A stretch of DNA of 64,000 nt, taken from IMG/VR virus record IMGVR_UViG_3300020165_001964. One strand, given 5' to 3'. A program made the translations under genes and the position numbers. Shown piece after piece: positions 1 to 10,217 of this stretch (position 1 is the stretch's first letter; every line of letters starts with the position of its first letter). The notes under the pieces are model-generated. The model was not told where the DNA came from. It did no database searches and was given only the letters and a program-made list of their open reading frames with translations. The DNA comes from a virus.

Positions 1-1
1 A

Positions 2-289
2 AACGCAAAACTATTATTCTCAAACAAACTATTCCGTGCGTTTGGTTTAAGTAACGAACAGAAATTGAAAGTTGTTGAAACATTTGATAGAACTAAGAAT
101 CTTAGAGAAATCAAACTTGTTTACTCGACACTTGCAGAATCTTTTAGAGGTGTAAAAGTTGCACCTGTTAAAGTATCTAAAGGTTCAAGTTCTAAAGTTG
201 TTGCTTCTACTAAAACACAAAAGGATGAAGTTCTTTCTGAGGGTGCTGAGTTAAAAGGGCGTTTCAAGAAATTAGCAAACATACTATAA
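2..289 (+). CDS. Prohead core/scaffold protein, C-terminal part (gp22-like); 5' end outside window
   Basis: Frame open from position 2 (NAKLLFSNKLF...). Charged, helical, directly upstream of the major capsid gene as in T4-like phages. Confidence 0.6.
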   Translation, partial: NAKLLFSNKLFRAFGLSNEQKLKVVETFDRTKNLREIKLVYSTLAESFRGVKVAPVKVSKGSSSKVVASTKTQKDEVLSEGAELKGRFKKLANIL

Positions 290-304
290 TTAGGAGACTA
301 AAAA

Positions 305-1960
305 ATGAGTGACAAATTCAAATCAGTAGAGTCTTTAATGGATGGATATAATCCACAAAGACAACTACTTGAACAAACTCGTAAATTGGTCAAGAAATGG
401 GAACCAACAGGTCTTTTAGAAGGCATGGGTAAAGAACACGAAGTAAACGGAATGGCCGTACTTCTTGAAAATCAAGCTCGTCAATTAATTGATGAAGCTT
501 CAAGAACAGGTACATCTGCAAACTCAGAAGAGTGGAGTGGAGTAGCACTTCCTTTAGTTCGTAGAATCTTTGGTGAATTAGCAGCACAGGAATTTGTTTC
601 TGTACAGCCAATGAACTTGCCTTCAGGACTTATTTTCTATCTTGACTTTAAATATGGTACTGCACAAACAGACTTACACACTAATAACTCAGATGTATAT
701 GGTAATACATCAGGTTCAGGTGATGCAAGTGGTGGTTTGTATGGTGCTGGAAAATTCGGATATTCTATCAATGATAGTGATTCCGCGGCTCAATCAATAC
801 ACGCTTCAAGTGTAGCATCTGGTACATATACATCAGGTTCTGTTGCATGGGGTGATGTTGACTTTGAACCAGACCTATCAAGTTCAGTAGTAACAGGTAA
901 TGTTGCTGATGACGGTCTTATGAAGATTAATGTTGCAACTGCAGCTTTATCTGATTATGACGAAGATGGTGTTAGAGCATTCTCAATTAGTGGTAGTGGG
1001 TTCGATGAATTCTTCCCAGCTTACACTACATTGAACGCTGCTAAAACACAAATCGCGTTCATCGTAAAGAAATCTGCTGCTGGTGCACCTGCTAACTTAG
1101 TGGTTTCATATCACAAAGTTAAAGGTACTAACTATGATAGAACAGACTTTGAAGCAACTGCTGCACAAGTCGATGCAAACCCAGAAACAGATATCGATAT
1201 TCCTGAATTAGATATTGCGTTAAAGAGTATTCCGATAATCGCGAAAACTCGTAAGTTAAAAGCAGTCTGGACTCCAGAACTTGCTCAAGACTTGAACGCT
1301 TATCATTCAGTCGATGCTGAAGCTGAACTAACTGCACTACTTTCTGAGTACATTTCAATGGAAATTGACTTAGAAATCTTAGATATGTTGTATGCAAATG
1401 CATCTGCAAAAACTGAGAAATGGAGTGCTAAAGTTGGTTACGAGCTAAACAACGCTGGTACTGCCTTTGAAGAAACAGCTGCTAACGCATCTGCTTACAC
1501 AAAAGGTGAGTGGTTCCAAACTCTTGGAAACAAAATACAATCTGTAAGTAACGCAATACACCAGAAAACTCTTAGAGGTGGTGCAAACTTCTTGGTGGTA
1601 TCACCAGAAACTGCAACTATCATCGAGAGTATTCCAGGCTATGCTGCTGATACTTCAGGTGAAGCAACTGAAAAAACATTCGCAATGGGTGTTCAGAGAG
1701 TTGGTGCTCTTAATAACAGATTTACTGTCTATAAGAACCCATACGCTCAAGATAATGTAATACTTGCTGGTTTCAGAGGAAGCAATTTCTTAGAAACAGG
1801 AGCAGTATATGCACCATATGTGCCATTAATCATGACACCACTTGTATATGACCCTAAGAATTTCACCCCAAGAAAAGGTGTTATGACTAGATATGCTAAG
1901 AAGATGGTTAGACCAGAATTCTATGGTAAGGTCATTGTTGCTGATATCAACCTTGTGTAA
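305..1960 (+). CDS. Major capsid protein (T4 gp23 family)
   Basis: VSVQPMNLPSGLIFYL, AKTRKLKAVWTPELAQDLNAYHSVDAEAEL, YAPYVPL and PRKGVMTRY are gp23 hallmarks. SD AGGAG. Confidence 0.95.
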   Translation: MSDKFKSVESLMDGYNPQRQLLEQTRKLVKKWEPTGLLEGMGKEHEVNGMAVLLENQARQLIDEASRTGTSANSEEWSGVALPLVRRIFGELAAQEFVSVQPMNLPSGLIFYLDFKYGTAQTDLHTNNSDVYGNTSGSGDASGGLYGAGKFGYSINDSDSAAQSIHASSVASGTYTSGSVAWGDVDFEPDLSSSVVTGNVADDGLMKINVATAALSDYDEDGVRAFSISGSGFDEFFPAYTTLNAAKTQIAFIVKKSAAGAPANLVVSYHKVKGTNYDRTDFEATAAQVDANPETDIDIPELDIALKSIPIIAKTRKLKAVWTPELAQDLNAYHSVDAEAELTALLSEYISMEIDLEILDMLYANASAKTEKWSAKVGYELNNAGTAFEETAANASAYTKGEWFQTLGNKIQSVSNAIHQKTLRGGANFLVVSPETATIIESIPGYAADTSGEATEKTFAMGVQRVGALNNRFTVYKNPYAQDNVILAGFRGSNFLETGAVYAPYVPLIMTPLVYDPKNFTPRKGVMTRYAKKMVRPEFYGKVIVADINLV

Positions 1961-2002
1961 TTTGAGTTAAATTTTTTAACTTAAATGTACATTAGTACAA
2001 TC

Positions 2003-2035
2003 AAAAAAGCCCTCAATTATTTTGGGGGTTTTTTT
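2003..2035 (+). terminator. Rho-independent terminator after capsid gene
   Basis: AAAAAAGCCCTCAA...TTGGGGGTTTTTTT stem-loop with U-tract. Confidence 0.8.
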
Positions 2036-2042
2036 GTGTCTT

Positions 2043-2052
2043 GATATTTATT
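2043..2052 (+). promoter_or_regulatory. Putative phage late promoter GATATTTAT(T/A)
   Basis: Same motif at 6318, 16693, 18514, 28067 and 50768; TATATTTAT at 13284 and 61237. Mostly just upstream of virion genes. Confidence 0.6.
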
Positions 2053-2094
2053 ATTGTAATATTACATACAAAACTATTTAAATAGGAGAATACT

Positions 2095-3252
2095 ATGGCT
2101 CAAGAACCAATTTGGCCAGGTAGTGGTTCAGATGCAAGTGGTTCAACACCATTTGGGTTTTACGATGAAGATTCAGACTTTCAAGGAGATGCTCCCAAAT
2201 TTGCAACATGGTGTGCAAAGAGGATGGGTTATCCTATAACTGCAGTTGAACTTCAAGATACTCAATTTTATGCATGTTTCGAAGAAAGTATCACAGAATA
2301 CTCAGCTCAAGTAAATCAATTCAATATAAAAGATAATCTATTGAGTTTGAAAGGACAATCTACAGGTTCAAATCTTACACATAAAAGAATATCACACACT
2401 ATGAGTGAACAAATTTTCATATCAGAAACATATGGAAGTGAAGCAGGTGTAGGTGGACAAGTAGAACGAAAGAAATCTAAAATCACTATAAATAGTGGTT
2501 CTCAAGATTATGATTTAAACAATTTAATTGCAGACCCAAGTGCTAGTGGTGGAATAGAAGTTACGAGAGTATTCTATGAAAGTAATCCAGCAATCACAAG
2601 ATACTTTGACCCATATGCTGGAACTGGACAACAAACAAACAATATGTTAGATGCATTTGGATTCGGTGGTTCATCACCAGCAATTACATTTATGTTACAA
2701 CCAATATATGCAGATTTACTTAGGGTTCAAGCAATCGAATTTAATGACCAGATTAGAAAATCTGCGTATTCATTTAACATTGTTAACAATAAGTTGAGAG
2801 TATTCCCAAGAATTACGGGTACTGCTACTGCATCAATGTGGGTTGAGTGGAAAGAAATATCAGATAGGGATAATGCGTTAAGAACTCGTTATAGTGGTTC
2901 TGCAGATACAATATCAGATATCAGTAATGCTCCATATGATAATATGAAATACCAAAGTATCAATGATGTGGGTAAACAATGGATTCGTAAGTATGGATTG
3001 GCTTTATCAAAAGAGTTATTAGGTATGGTTCGTAGTAAATATGGTACTATTCCTATTCCTAACTCTGAAGTTTCATTAGATGGTGAAACATTAAGAGCAG
3101 AAGCAACTGCTGAGAAAGACCAGTTAATAGAACAATTAAGAGAAATGTTAGACCAAACAAGTAATAGGGCACTTATGGAAGCAGATAGGGAATCTGCGGA
3201 TAACTTACAAGAGAAGTTAAAGAAAGTTCCTTATCCAATGTATATAGGATAA
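2095..3252 (+). CDS. Neck/head-completion protein (gp13-like)
   Basis: Follows capsid gene. RMGYPITAVEL N-terminal and WIRKY...LGMVRSKY...LDGETL C-terminal motifs resemble gp13. Confidence 0.7.
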   Translation: MAQEPIWPGSGSDASGSTPFGFYDEDSDFQGDAPKFATWCAKRMGYPITAVELQDTQFYACFEESITEYSAQVNQFNIKDNLLSLKGQSTGSNLTHKRISHTMSEQIFISETYGSEAGVGGQVERKKSKITINSGSQDYDLNNLIADPSASGGIEVTRVFYESNPAITRYFDPYAGTGQQTNNMLDAFGFGGSSPAITFMLQPIYADLLRVQAIEFNDQIRKSAYSFNIVNNKLRVFPRITGTATASMWVEWKEISDRDNALRTRYSGSADTISDISNAPYDNMKYQSINDVGKQWIRKYGLALSKELLGMVRSKYGTIPIPNSEVSLDGETLRAEATAEKDQLIEQLREMLDQTSNRALMEADRESADNLQEKLKKVPYPMYIG

Positions 3253-3256
3253 AATT

Positions 3257-3742
3257 ATGGCAAGTAGATATTGGCCAACAAGAGATACTGAATTAGCCAA
3301 ACGATTCAATGATGAACTCGTTGGTAATCTTGATAAAGGTGATTGTGGAATCATTGGACAAGAGATTATACTTTACAGAGTATCCACATATGAAACCGAA
3401 ACTAATATGTATGGTGAATCAGGTGGTGGTAAAGTGTATGAGGCAGGAGTTAAGTTATCTTGTATAATAGAGGCAGAAGATTTTGATTTTGAAGTAAATG
3501 AATTTGGACCAGATGCTCGACAAGAAGCACAATTCCATTTCCAACGAGATATGTTAATTGATATAAACTTCAGACCAGATATTGGTGATGTTGTAAGTTG
3601 GAACTTAGGTTATTTTGAAATCACAAAAACAAATGAAAATCAATTAGTTGCTGGGGATTACAATAAAAATTGGACAATATCTTGTACAGGTACACTAACA
3701 AGAATCAATTCACTAAATATTGAACAAACAAGGGCGTTTTAA
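3257..3742 (+). CDS. Neck/head-closure protein (gp14-like)
   Basis: Synteny, size, NMYGES and PDIGDVV motifs. Confidence 0.55.
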   Translation: MASRYWPTRDTELAKRFNDELVGNLDKGDCGIIGQEIILYRVSTYETETNMYGESGGGKVYEAGVKLSCIIEAEDFDFEVNEFGPDARQEAQFHFQRDMLIDINFRPDIGDVVSWNLGYFEITKTNENQLVAGDYNKNWTISCTGTLTRINSLNIEQTRAF

Positions 3743-5430
3743 TGAGAAAAAAACCGATATCGAGAAAGGCTCGTAGGGATTTAAACTCGATTGCGATTAG
3801 AGATGATTATAATCGTGGTAAACAATTACGAAGAGATGATGATAAAGTAAAAAATATCAGTAATCAGATTATTGATATGGATAGTGCAATCATGTACTAT
3901 TTTAATGAAGTTATTAAACCTACAGTCACAGAAAATAAAGAAACAATCAAAGTACCCGTTATGTATGCATCACCTGAAAGATGGGTTAGTATACAAAAAA
4001 TGGGTTTCATGAGAGATAAACGCCAACAATTAATTACACCTGCTATTGTGTTTAGAAGAACAGGTATGGAAAAGAATGAAAACATCCCAACTAATAAAAT
4101 GGATGCTAATAATCCAAGAAATTTTCAAACATTTTCACAAAAGTATTCTTCAAGTAATCGCTACGACCAATTCAGTAGAACGATTGGTACTACACCAAAT
4201 AAAGAATTATACAATGTAGTTATGCCAGATTATGTAACTCTAAATTACGAGTTTACAATATGGACATCATACATAGAACAGATGAACAAAATCATTGAAA
4301 GGGTAAATTACACAGATAATTCTTATTGGGGTGAACCTGGTAAGATGAGGTTTAGAAGTAAGATAGATTCATTTAGTGATGCAAGTGAAATGGATACTCA
4401 AGAAAGAATTATAAAAACTAACTTTAGTGTTCAATTATATGGGTATATTATACCTGAAGAATTTAACAACATGATAACCACTAAGAAACAATTAACACCT
4501 AAAAAGGTTATCATCAACATGGATGTTGAAAAAACTGCTGATGATTTTATAGAATCAGATAAGAGTGGTGGAGTATCAGTTCAATCACCAGTAAAGGATA
4601 TATTCAGTATATCTACAAGTTTTCCACTTGTGTTTAACGCAGGAACAGGTGTTTCATTAAGTAATGATGGTTCACCATTTGATGGTTCACAACAAGTAAA
4701 TCAAACGATATCTATAGGACAGGCAGTTGCACCAACAGATGATGTAACATTTAATCAAATTACATCCAACACATTAGTGTTTGGTAATCCAACCACATAT
4801 TCCTATACAGGTATTAGTGGTAGTGTAAATATCACAGGTAGTTTAACAACGAGTGGTAATGTTACGGTCAATGGTGATATGAATGTTCTTGGAACACTAA
4901 CTGCACAAGAATTTAAAACAACATTTGTTTCATCAAGTATATTATTTGAAAGTGGTAGTACTAAATTAGGAGATACTACAAACGATACTCATCAGAGGAC
5001 AGGTAGTTTAAATGTTACTGGTAGTTGGAGTTTGAACGGATATAGTATAAATGAGATATCCAATGATAGTGGATTAACAGACCAAAGTGCAACAACACTT
5101 GTAACAGAGGCAGCAATGTCTGGTTTTACAGCAGGTTCTGTTACTGATAAACAAAACTATCTAAGAAAGAATTTTTATAAATCTTCAAATGGAATCCTAA
5201 GTACAGCAACTGCAAGTTTCACCGCAGTAACTGCATCTGCACCAAGTGGATTTACTGATACTAATGAGAATGATTTCTTATTCTTTATTAATGGTCAATA
5301 CATGGAACACGATGCTCTTACAATAGAACAAAGTGGTAGTGTATTTTTACTTCAAGTTGATACCAGTGGTATTGGATATGAATTAGAATCTGATGATGAA
5401 ATATTAGCAGTTGGTAAATTTAATTCATAG
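3742..5430 (+). CDS. Tail terminator/sheath stabiliser (gp15-like N-terminal half) fused to a Ser/Thr/Gly-rich fibre-like C-terminal domain
   Basis: KVPVMYASPERW and PDYVTLNYEFTIWT...QMNKIIE resemble gp15. C-terminal half is paralogous to the next gene. Confidence 0.6.
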   Translation: MRKKPISRKARRDLNSIAIRDDYNRGKQLRRDDDKVKNISNQIIDMDSAIMYYFNEVIKPTVTENKETIKVPVMYASPERWVSIQKMGFMRDKRQQLITPAIVFRRTGMEKNENIPTNKMDANNPRNFQTFSQKYSSSNRYDQFSRTIGTTPNKELYNVVMPDYVTLNYEFTIWTSYIEQMNKIIERVNYTDNSYWGEPGKMRFRSKIDSFSDASEMDTQERIIKTNFSVQLYGYIIPEEFNNMITTKKQLTPKKVIINMDVEKTADDFIESDKSGGVSVQSPVKDIFSISTSFPLVFNAGTGVSLSNDGSPFDGSQQVNQTISIGQAVAPTDDVTFNQITSNTLVFGNPTTYSYTGISGSVNITGSLTTSGNVTVNGDMNVLGTLTAQEFKTTFVSSSILFESGSTKLGDTTNDTHQRTGSLNVTGSWSLNGYSINEISNDSGLTDQSATTLVTEAAMSGFTAGSVTDKQNYLRKNFYKSSNGILSTATASFTAVTASAPSGFTDTNENDFLFFINGQYMEHDALTIEQSGSVFLLQVDTSGIGYELESDDEILAVGKFNS

Positions 5431-5439
5431 GAATAGTTA

Positions 5440-6291
5440 ATGCCAATTTTAAAATTTAAAAACCCAATTGTAATATCAGGTTCTGATGGTTTTGTATCTT
5501 CTAATAATGGTGAGTTAGATGCAACAAATAGGACAGTAACAGAATTTTCTATAGGACAATCAGTAGCAACTGGTTCAAGTGTAGAGTTTAATGGGGTAAC
5601 ACAACCAGAAAATCAAACTCTTGTTTTACCTAACCCAAATGATGATTCACAAAATATGGTATTAGGGTATGGATTTATAAGTGGTTCAAATCTTACATTC
5701 ACAGTCGATACACAAGAAATAAGTGAAAACTATACTCACGAAGATAATGCAACAATAAATGGTAGTATAAGTGCTGGTACGATATTAACAGAATTAAGTT
5801 CATCTGAAGTTGTTTTTAGTTCTGGTAGTACAAAGTTTGGTGATACATTAGATGATATACACGAGGTAACAGGTAGTGTAACCATTAGTGGTTCATTCGG
5901 TGTAAATGGTAGTGATATCATCGCTTTTAGTAATAGTAGTGATGTAAGTTCGGCAAGAACAAATGTTCTTGTTACAGAAAATGTAGCATTCCAAGTACTC
6001 GGTGGAGAAGCAGAAACAGCAAATTTATACTTAAGAAAACAATTCGCAAAAGTTGGTACGATAAGTAATTCTACTGCTAGTTTTTCGGCAGTAACAGCAT
6101 CTGCAGGAGATTTAACTACAACATCAATAACTGATTTTCACTTTTATTTAAATGGGATGATTTTAGAACAAGATGCATTAGAAGTACAACAAAGTGGTAG
6201 TACATTTAAAGTACATATGGATGCTAATTCACTTGGGTATAATTTATCACCCGATGATGAAATAGTTGCTTGGGGAAAATTTAATTCATAA
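5440..6291 (+). CDS. Virion structural protein, paralogue of the C-terminal half of 3742..5430
   Basis: Shares SIGQxVA, SGSTKxGDT, YLRKxF, TASFxAVTASA and DDEIxAxGKFNS. Confidence 0.65.
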   Translation: MPILKFKNPIVISGSDGFVSSNNGELDATNRTVTEFSIGQSVATGSSVEFNGVTQPENQTLVLPNPNDDSQNMVLGYGFISGSNLTFTVDTQEISENYTHEDNATINGSISAGTILTELSSSEVVFSSGSTKFGDTLDDIHEVTGSVTISGSFGVNGSDIIAFSNSSDVSSARTNVLVTENVAFQVLGGEAETANLYLRKQFAKVGTISNSTASFSAVTASAGDLTTTSITDFHFYLNGMILEQDALEVQQSGSTFKVHMDANSLGYNLSPDDEIVAWGKFNS

Positions 6292-6330
6292 ATACCACAT
6301 TGGTTTTACCATTTGTTGATATTTATTAGT

Positions 6331-6606
6331 ATGAGAAAACGACATTGGAAAAATAGGAAAAACCGAAAGTGTCCATCGTGTAGTAAGATGTTAACCTATA
6401 CGAGAAAAGATGCCTTTGATAGGGCAGTGGGTAATAATAGTGTGTGTAAATCATGTGCTCAATCAGATAGAAAATTAACATTGGATACGATTGAAAAAAT
6501 GAAACAACCTAAAACTATTCAACATAAGAAAAAGATTTCGAAATCAATTACAGATTGGTGGGTAGACAGAAAACAAGAAGTAGAAGAATATGGCATTAAT
6601 AGATAG
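6331..6606 (+). CDS. Small basic Zn-finger/NUMOD3-like protein (homing endonuclease-like remnant)
   Basis: CPSC...CKSC followed by KMKQPKTIQHKKKISKS. ATG at 6331 lies right after a late-promoter motif. No nuclease domain seen. Confidence 0.5.
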   Translation: MRKRHWKNRKNRKCPSCSKMLTYTRKDAFDRAVGNNSVCKSCAQSDRKLTLDTIEKMKQPKTIQHKKKISKSITDWWVDRKQEVEEYGINR

Positions 6607-9067
6607 TAAACAATTGAATCCCGCCTTAACAGGTTCGTTCACACTTAGTGGTTCATTAAGTGGTACTAACATTATACCTGCAAGTGCGATTGATGGACAA
6701 CTTGGTATATTCTCACCTACAGGTTCACATCAATCTACAGATAATGATTTAAAAGTTACAGGTTCATTAAATATAAATTCTGATTATACTCAATCTGAAC
6801 CAAGTTCATCTACAGGTATCATAACCAATAATATTACAAATGGATATCCAACATCAAATGCATGGCAAACAAGTTTAGAGGGAAGTTATTTTAATAATTT
6901 TACAAATGAAACTCATGTTAGTGAAATATTAAGATTTATTGCAGGTGCAATGAGTCATAGTTTAGATGTTGCAGATGCAGCACCAAATACAAAATATTGG
7001 AATACAGTCAGTACATCACACACAGATGGAAGTGAAACAAGTAAAAGTTCTTTACTAAATGGGGTGTTAGGTTCAACATATGAAAATGCAAGATTGAGTA
7101 ATAGTTGGACTGGTTCAGCATTTATAGATTTAAGTGAGACAGGGTCTTACAGAGAAGTTCAAGATTATTTAGAACATAAAGGGTGGGTACAATCAAGTGA
7201 TAGAGGTGATTCTTCAAATGATGTTGGAACGAATCCATTTCATGGAAGTTATGCAACAAGGATTCCATCTTCAAATATCACAACACAAGGAACCTTTGGT
7301 ACATTTACAAACACTATAACTGCAAACGCAGGTGGTAGTACAGATGTAAGTAGTAATAGTAATTACTTTGGATTAGGAATACTAACGAGTGGTGGAGCAA
7401 CTGCATATTCAGTACGAGTAATCGCTTCACAATCATTTAGTGATAATTATTCCGATTCAACACCAGATGCAAGTTCAACATATCATACATCATCTTTTGT
7501 AGATTACACACAGAGTTCATTTGGTACATCAAACGGGTTGATACTAAGTAAAATAGTAACATCACAACCTGCAGTTATTCCATCAGCATATCAAGATGGA
7601 GATTTCAATAGTGTTGCAGGACCAATAAGTGGAAGAAAATATACAGGTGGTGCAACGGCTGCAAATGCAATATCAGCAAGTGGATATTATAAATTACATG
7701 ATATCGTGGTTGGATTAAAGACAGGTTCACAAAGTGATTTCATATACAAAGATGGTTCAGATGGAACTACAAGATTTTATTTATATACAGGTGGATTAAC
7801 AACCGATATCACGACTGGTAACCCGACAGTAGCAGTTACAAGTTCTTTAAGTAGAACAAGTTTCTCAGCAACATCAAGAAGTTTAAGTGGAGCACCATAT
7901 CTATTAACAACAAGTTATGGGCATGATTTTGTATCAGAGGTAAGTAAATCCTTTGACCCAGCATTTGGATATGGAACATCAGTAATGGTAAATTCAAATC
8001 CAACAGATACTTGGGATAATATTGGTTCAACATCATTAAGTAATACAACCACGACTGTAAGTAATAGTGGTGTATCATCAACAGGTGCAACTAATTATGT
8101 AATTGATAGAACAAGAACTACAAAGAGAAGTAGTGGTGATGACCCACAGATTCAAGATATTGCAGTTGCAAGTTCTTCATTCACTTTCTCACTTGATAGT
8201 AATAGTGATAATGTTGGACAAAATAGAACAAGTAACAACACTTTAAATTATAGTTTAACATTTAGAGCGACTGGTAGAAATTGGAAGAACTCAAGTGTAA
8301 CTGATACCACACCAGCAGAAAGTTTTTATGATGCAACTCTATTTGGACAATCAAGTGATAGTGGTTCATTAGCAATTTATAGTAGAGCACAAGGATATGA
8401 CCCTACTTCAGTAAATAGTACTACAGAGGGTTTTGATGGTGAAGATTTCAGAATAGTATTGGCAGACAATGTAACTGCATTTAATGGAGCATATTTCACA
8501 ACAGACTCATTCCAAACGAATGATGAGGGGGATGCGGTTCTCGGTGATTATGATTTACAAGTAAAACCAGGTTACTTAGTAGACCCAGGTGGTGATTATG
8601 GATATTGGTTTAAAGAAAATTTTGGTAGTGGTACATACAAATATTATATAAGAAGATTCCAAAAATCAAGTGGAAACAAAACAAGTATGACTGTAAACTT
8701 GAATAACAAAACATTAGTGAATTGGAACTCTACTTCGGATGGAATTGCTTGTGCAATAATATTTAAAAGTGGTACAAGTGCAGGTGGAAATACAAGTATA
8801 TCTACTGCAAGATTATTTGACCCAAGTGATACCACAAGTAACTTAATTGAAAGTGGAATAACTACAGATAATCATAAGAATCCATTTTCAAGTAATATAG
8901 ATTTATATGGAAATACAGGTGGTAGTGTTTCAAGTAATACTTATACAATCCCTATGAGAAACTCAGATGGGATGTTCTTAGATTCTACAGATGAAGAACT
9001 TTATGTAGTGGTGAGATACAAGGGAGACCCATCACCAATACAATCAATAACATTGGGGTATAGTTAA
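6590..9067 (+). CDS. Large Ser/Thr/Gly-rich virion structural protein
   Basis: 825 aa, beta-rich low-charge composition, inside the structural cluster. Confidence 0.6.
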   Translation: MALIDSKQLNPALTGSFTLSGSLSGTNIIPASAIDGQLGIFSPTGSHQSTDNDLKVTGSLNINSDYTQSEPSSSTGIITNNITNGYPTSNAWQTSLEGSYFNNFTNETHVSEILRFIAGAMSHSLDVADAAPNTKYWNTVSTSHTDGSETSKSSLLNGVLGSTYENARLSNSWTGSAFIDLSETGSYREVQDYLEHKGWVQSSDRGDSSNDVGTNPFHGSYATRIPSSNITTQGTFGTFTNTITANAGGSTDVSSNSNYFGLGILTSGGATAYSVRVIASQSFSDNYSDSTPDASSTYHTSSFVDYTQSSFGTSNGLILSKIVTSQPAVIPSAYQDGDFNSVAGPISGRKYTGGATAANAISASGYYKLHDIVVGLKTGSQSDFIYKDGSDGTTRFYLYTGGLTTDITTGNPTVAVTSSLSRTSFSATSRSLSGAPYLLTTSYGHDFVSEVSKSFDPAFGYGTSVMVNSNPTDTWDNIGSTSLSNTTTTVSNSGVSSTGATNYVIDRTRTTKRSSGDDPQIQDIAVASSSFTFSLDSNSDNVGQNRTSNNTLNYSLTFRATGRNWKNSSVTDTTPAESFYDATLFGQSSDSGSLAIYSRAQGYDPTSVNSTTEGFDGEDFRIVLADNVTAFNGAYFTTDSFQTNDEGDAVLGDYDLQVKPGYLVDPGGDYGYWFKENFGSGTYKYYIRRFQKSSGNKTSMTVNLNNKTLVNWNSTSDGIACAIIFKSGTSAGGNTSISTARLFDPSDTTSNLIESGITTDNHKNPFSSNIDLYGNTGGSVSSNTYTIPMRNSDGMFLDSTDEELYVVVRYKGDPSPIQSITLGYS

Positions 9068-10176
9068 TGGCAATAGACCAAACTAAAAAATCAAATCGAC
9101 TGTTAGGTAACAGAAGATTTACAAGTGATGCGTTAAATACCGCACAAGAATCATTTACCGATGTATTAGATTTAGGTGCAAGTGAAATATTTACAGAGAC
9201 TCACTTAATTCCATCAAGTGGATTACCATTTAGTGGAAGTGCTCAAAGTGGAGAAACAAGTGGTGTACTAAAATATTACTTTAGACAAAGATTAACAAGG
9301 TCTAATGTTGCTAATGATGTATTCTTCTTTATGGTTCCGACAGGAAGTACAGGTGGAGTAACACCGCAGTTGATTCAAGATGGACAACAAACTAATTTTA
9401 TATCACCTAAGTATTCAGTAAGTGCACTTGCAAACGCTAATACAGAAGATGGAACACCTGGTTATGGTGTTAAAGTATTTAAATCCACATCATTAGATAG
9501 TGGTTCATTAAGTGGTGGTGATATTGTATCAGTTAATGATTATCAGTTTGATTATAAAACAGGTGTAATACAATTTGAATCTGCACTTTCATCCAATTTA
9601 GAAGTTTATATGAGTGCTTATCAATATGTTGGTAAGAATTTAAGTACAGGTTTATTTGTTGATGGGGATATAACTGCAAACAATTATATTGTTAGTTCAT
9701 CGGTTACCAACATAACAACACAAGAATTAAGTGGTTCATCTAAATTTGGTGATACCATAGATGATACACATCAATTTACAGGTAGTTTAAGTATAAGTGG
9801 TTCATTCACACCTACCAAAGATGATTTAATAGATTTAGGAAGTTCAACATTCCAATGGAAAGATTTACATTTAGATGGAACCGCAAACATAGATACACTA
9901 AGTTTGACAGATGGTTTCACTTACAATAATGTTACCTTTAATACGACTGGTGGGAGTTCAAACCACCTAAGTGTTACAGGTTCAGCATTTACATTTAAGG
10001 CAACTGATAGTTCAGATTTATTTACATTGAAAAATTCAAGTGATGAAATATCAGTACAGATAGATGATAAAGTAATAGTGTTGGGTGAATCTACTACAAT
10101 ACCTACTGCAATTAAGGGTGGTATGTATTATAGTAGTTCTGCATGGTTTTTAGGATACGAAAACTCACCAACTTAA
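9067..10176 (+). CDS. Virion structural/fibre protein
   Basis: Contains the SGSSKFGDTIDDTHQFTGS module and the DLGSSTFQWKDLHL fibre motif. Confidence 0.6.
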   Translation: MAIDQTKKSNRLLGNRRFTSDALNTAQESFTDVLDLGASEIFTETHLIPSSGLPFSGSAQSGETSGVLKYYFRQRLTRSNVANDVFFFMVPTGSTGGVTPQLIQDGQQTNFISPKYSVSALANANTEDGTPGYGVKVFKSTSLDSGSLSGGDIVSVNDYQFDYKTGVIQFESALSSNLEVYMSAYQYVGKNLSTGLFVDGDITANNYIVSSSVTNITTQELSGSSKFGDTIDDTHQFTGSLSISGSFTPTKDDLIDLGSSTFQWKDLHLDGTANIDTLSLTDGFTYNNVTFNTTGGSSNHLSVTGSAFTFKATDSSDLFTLKNSSDEISVQIDDKVIVLGESTTIPTAIKGGMYYSSSAWFLGYENSPT

Positions 10177-10217
10177 TATTTAATAATAGAGAAATAATAC
10201 TCTAAAAGGAGAAAATA

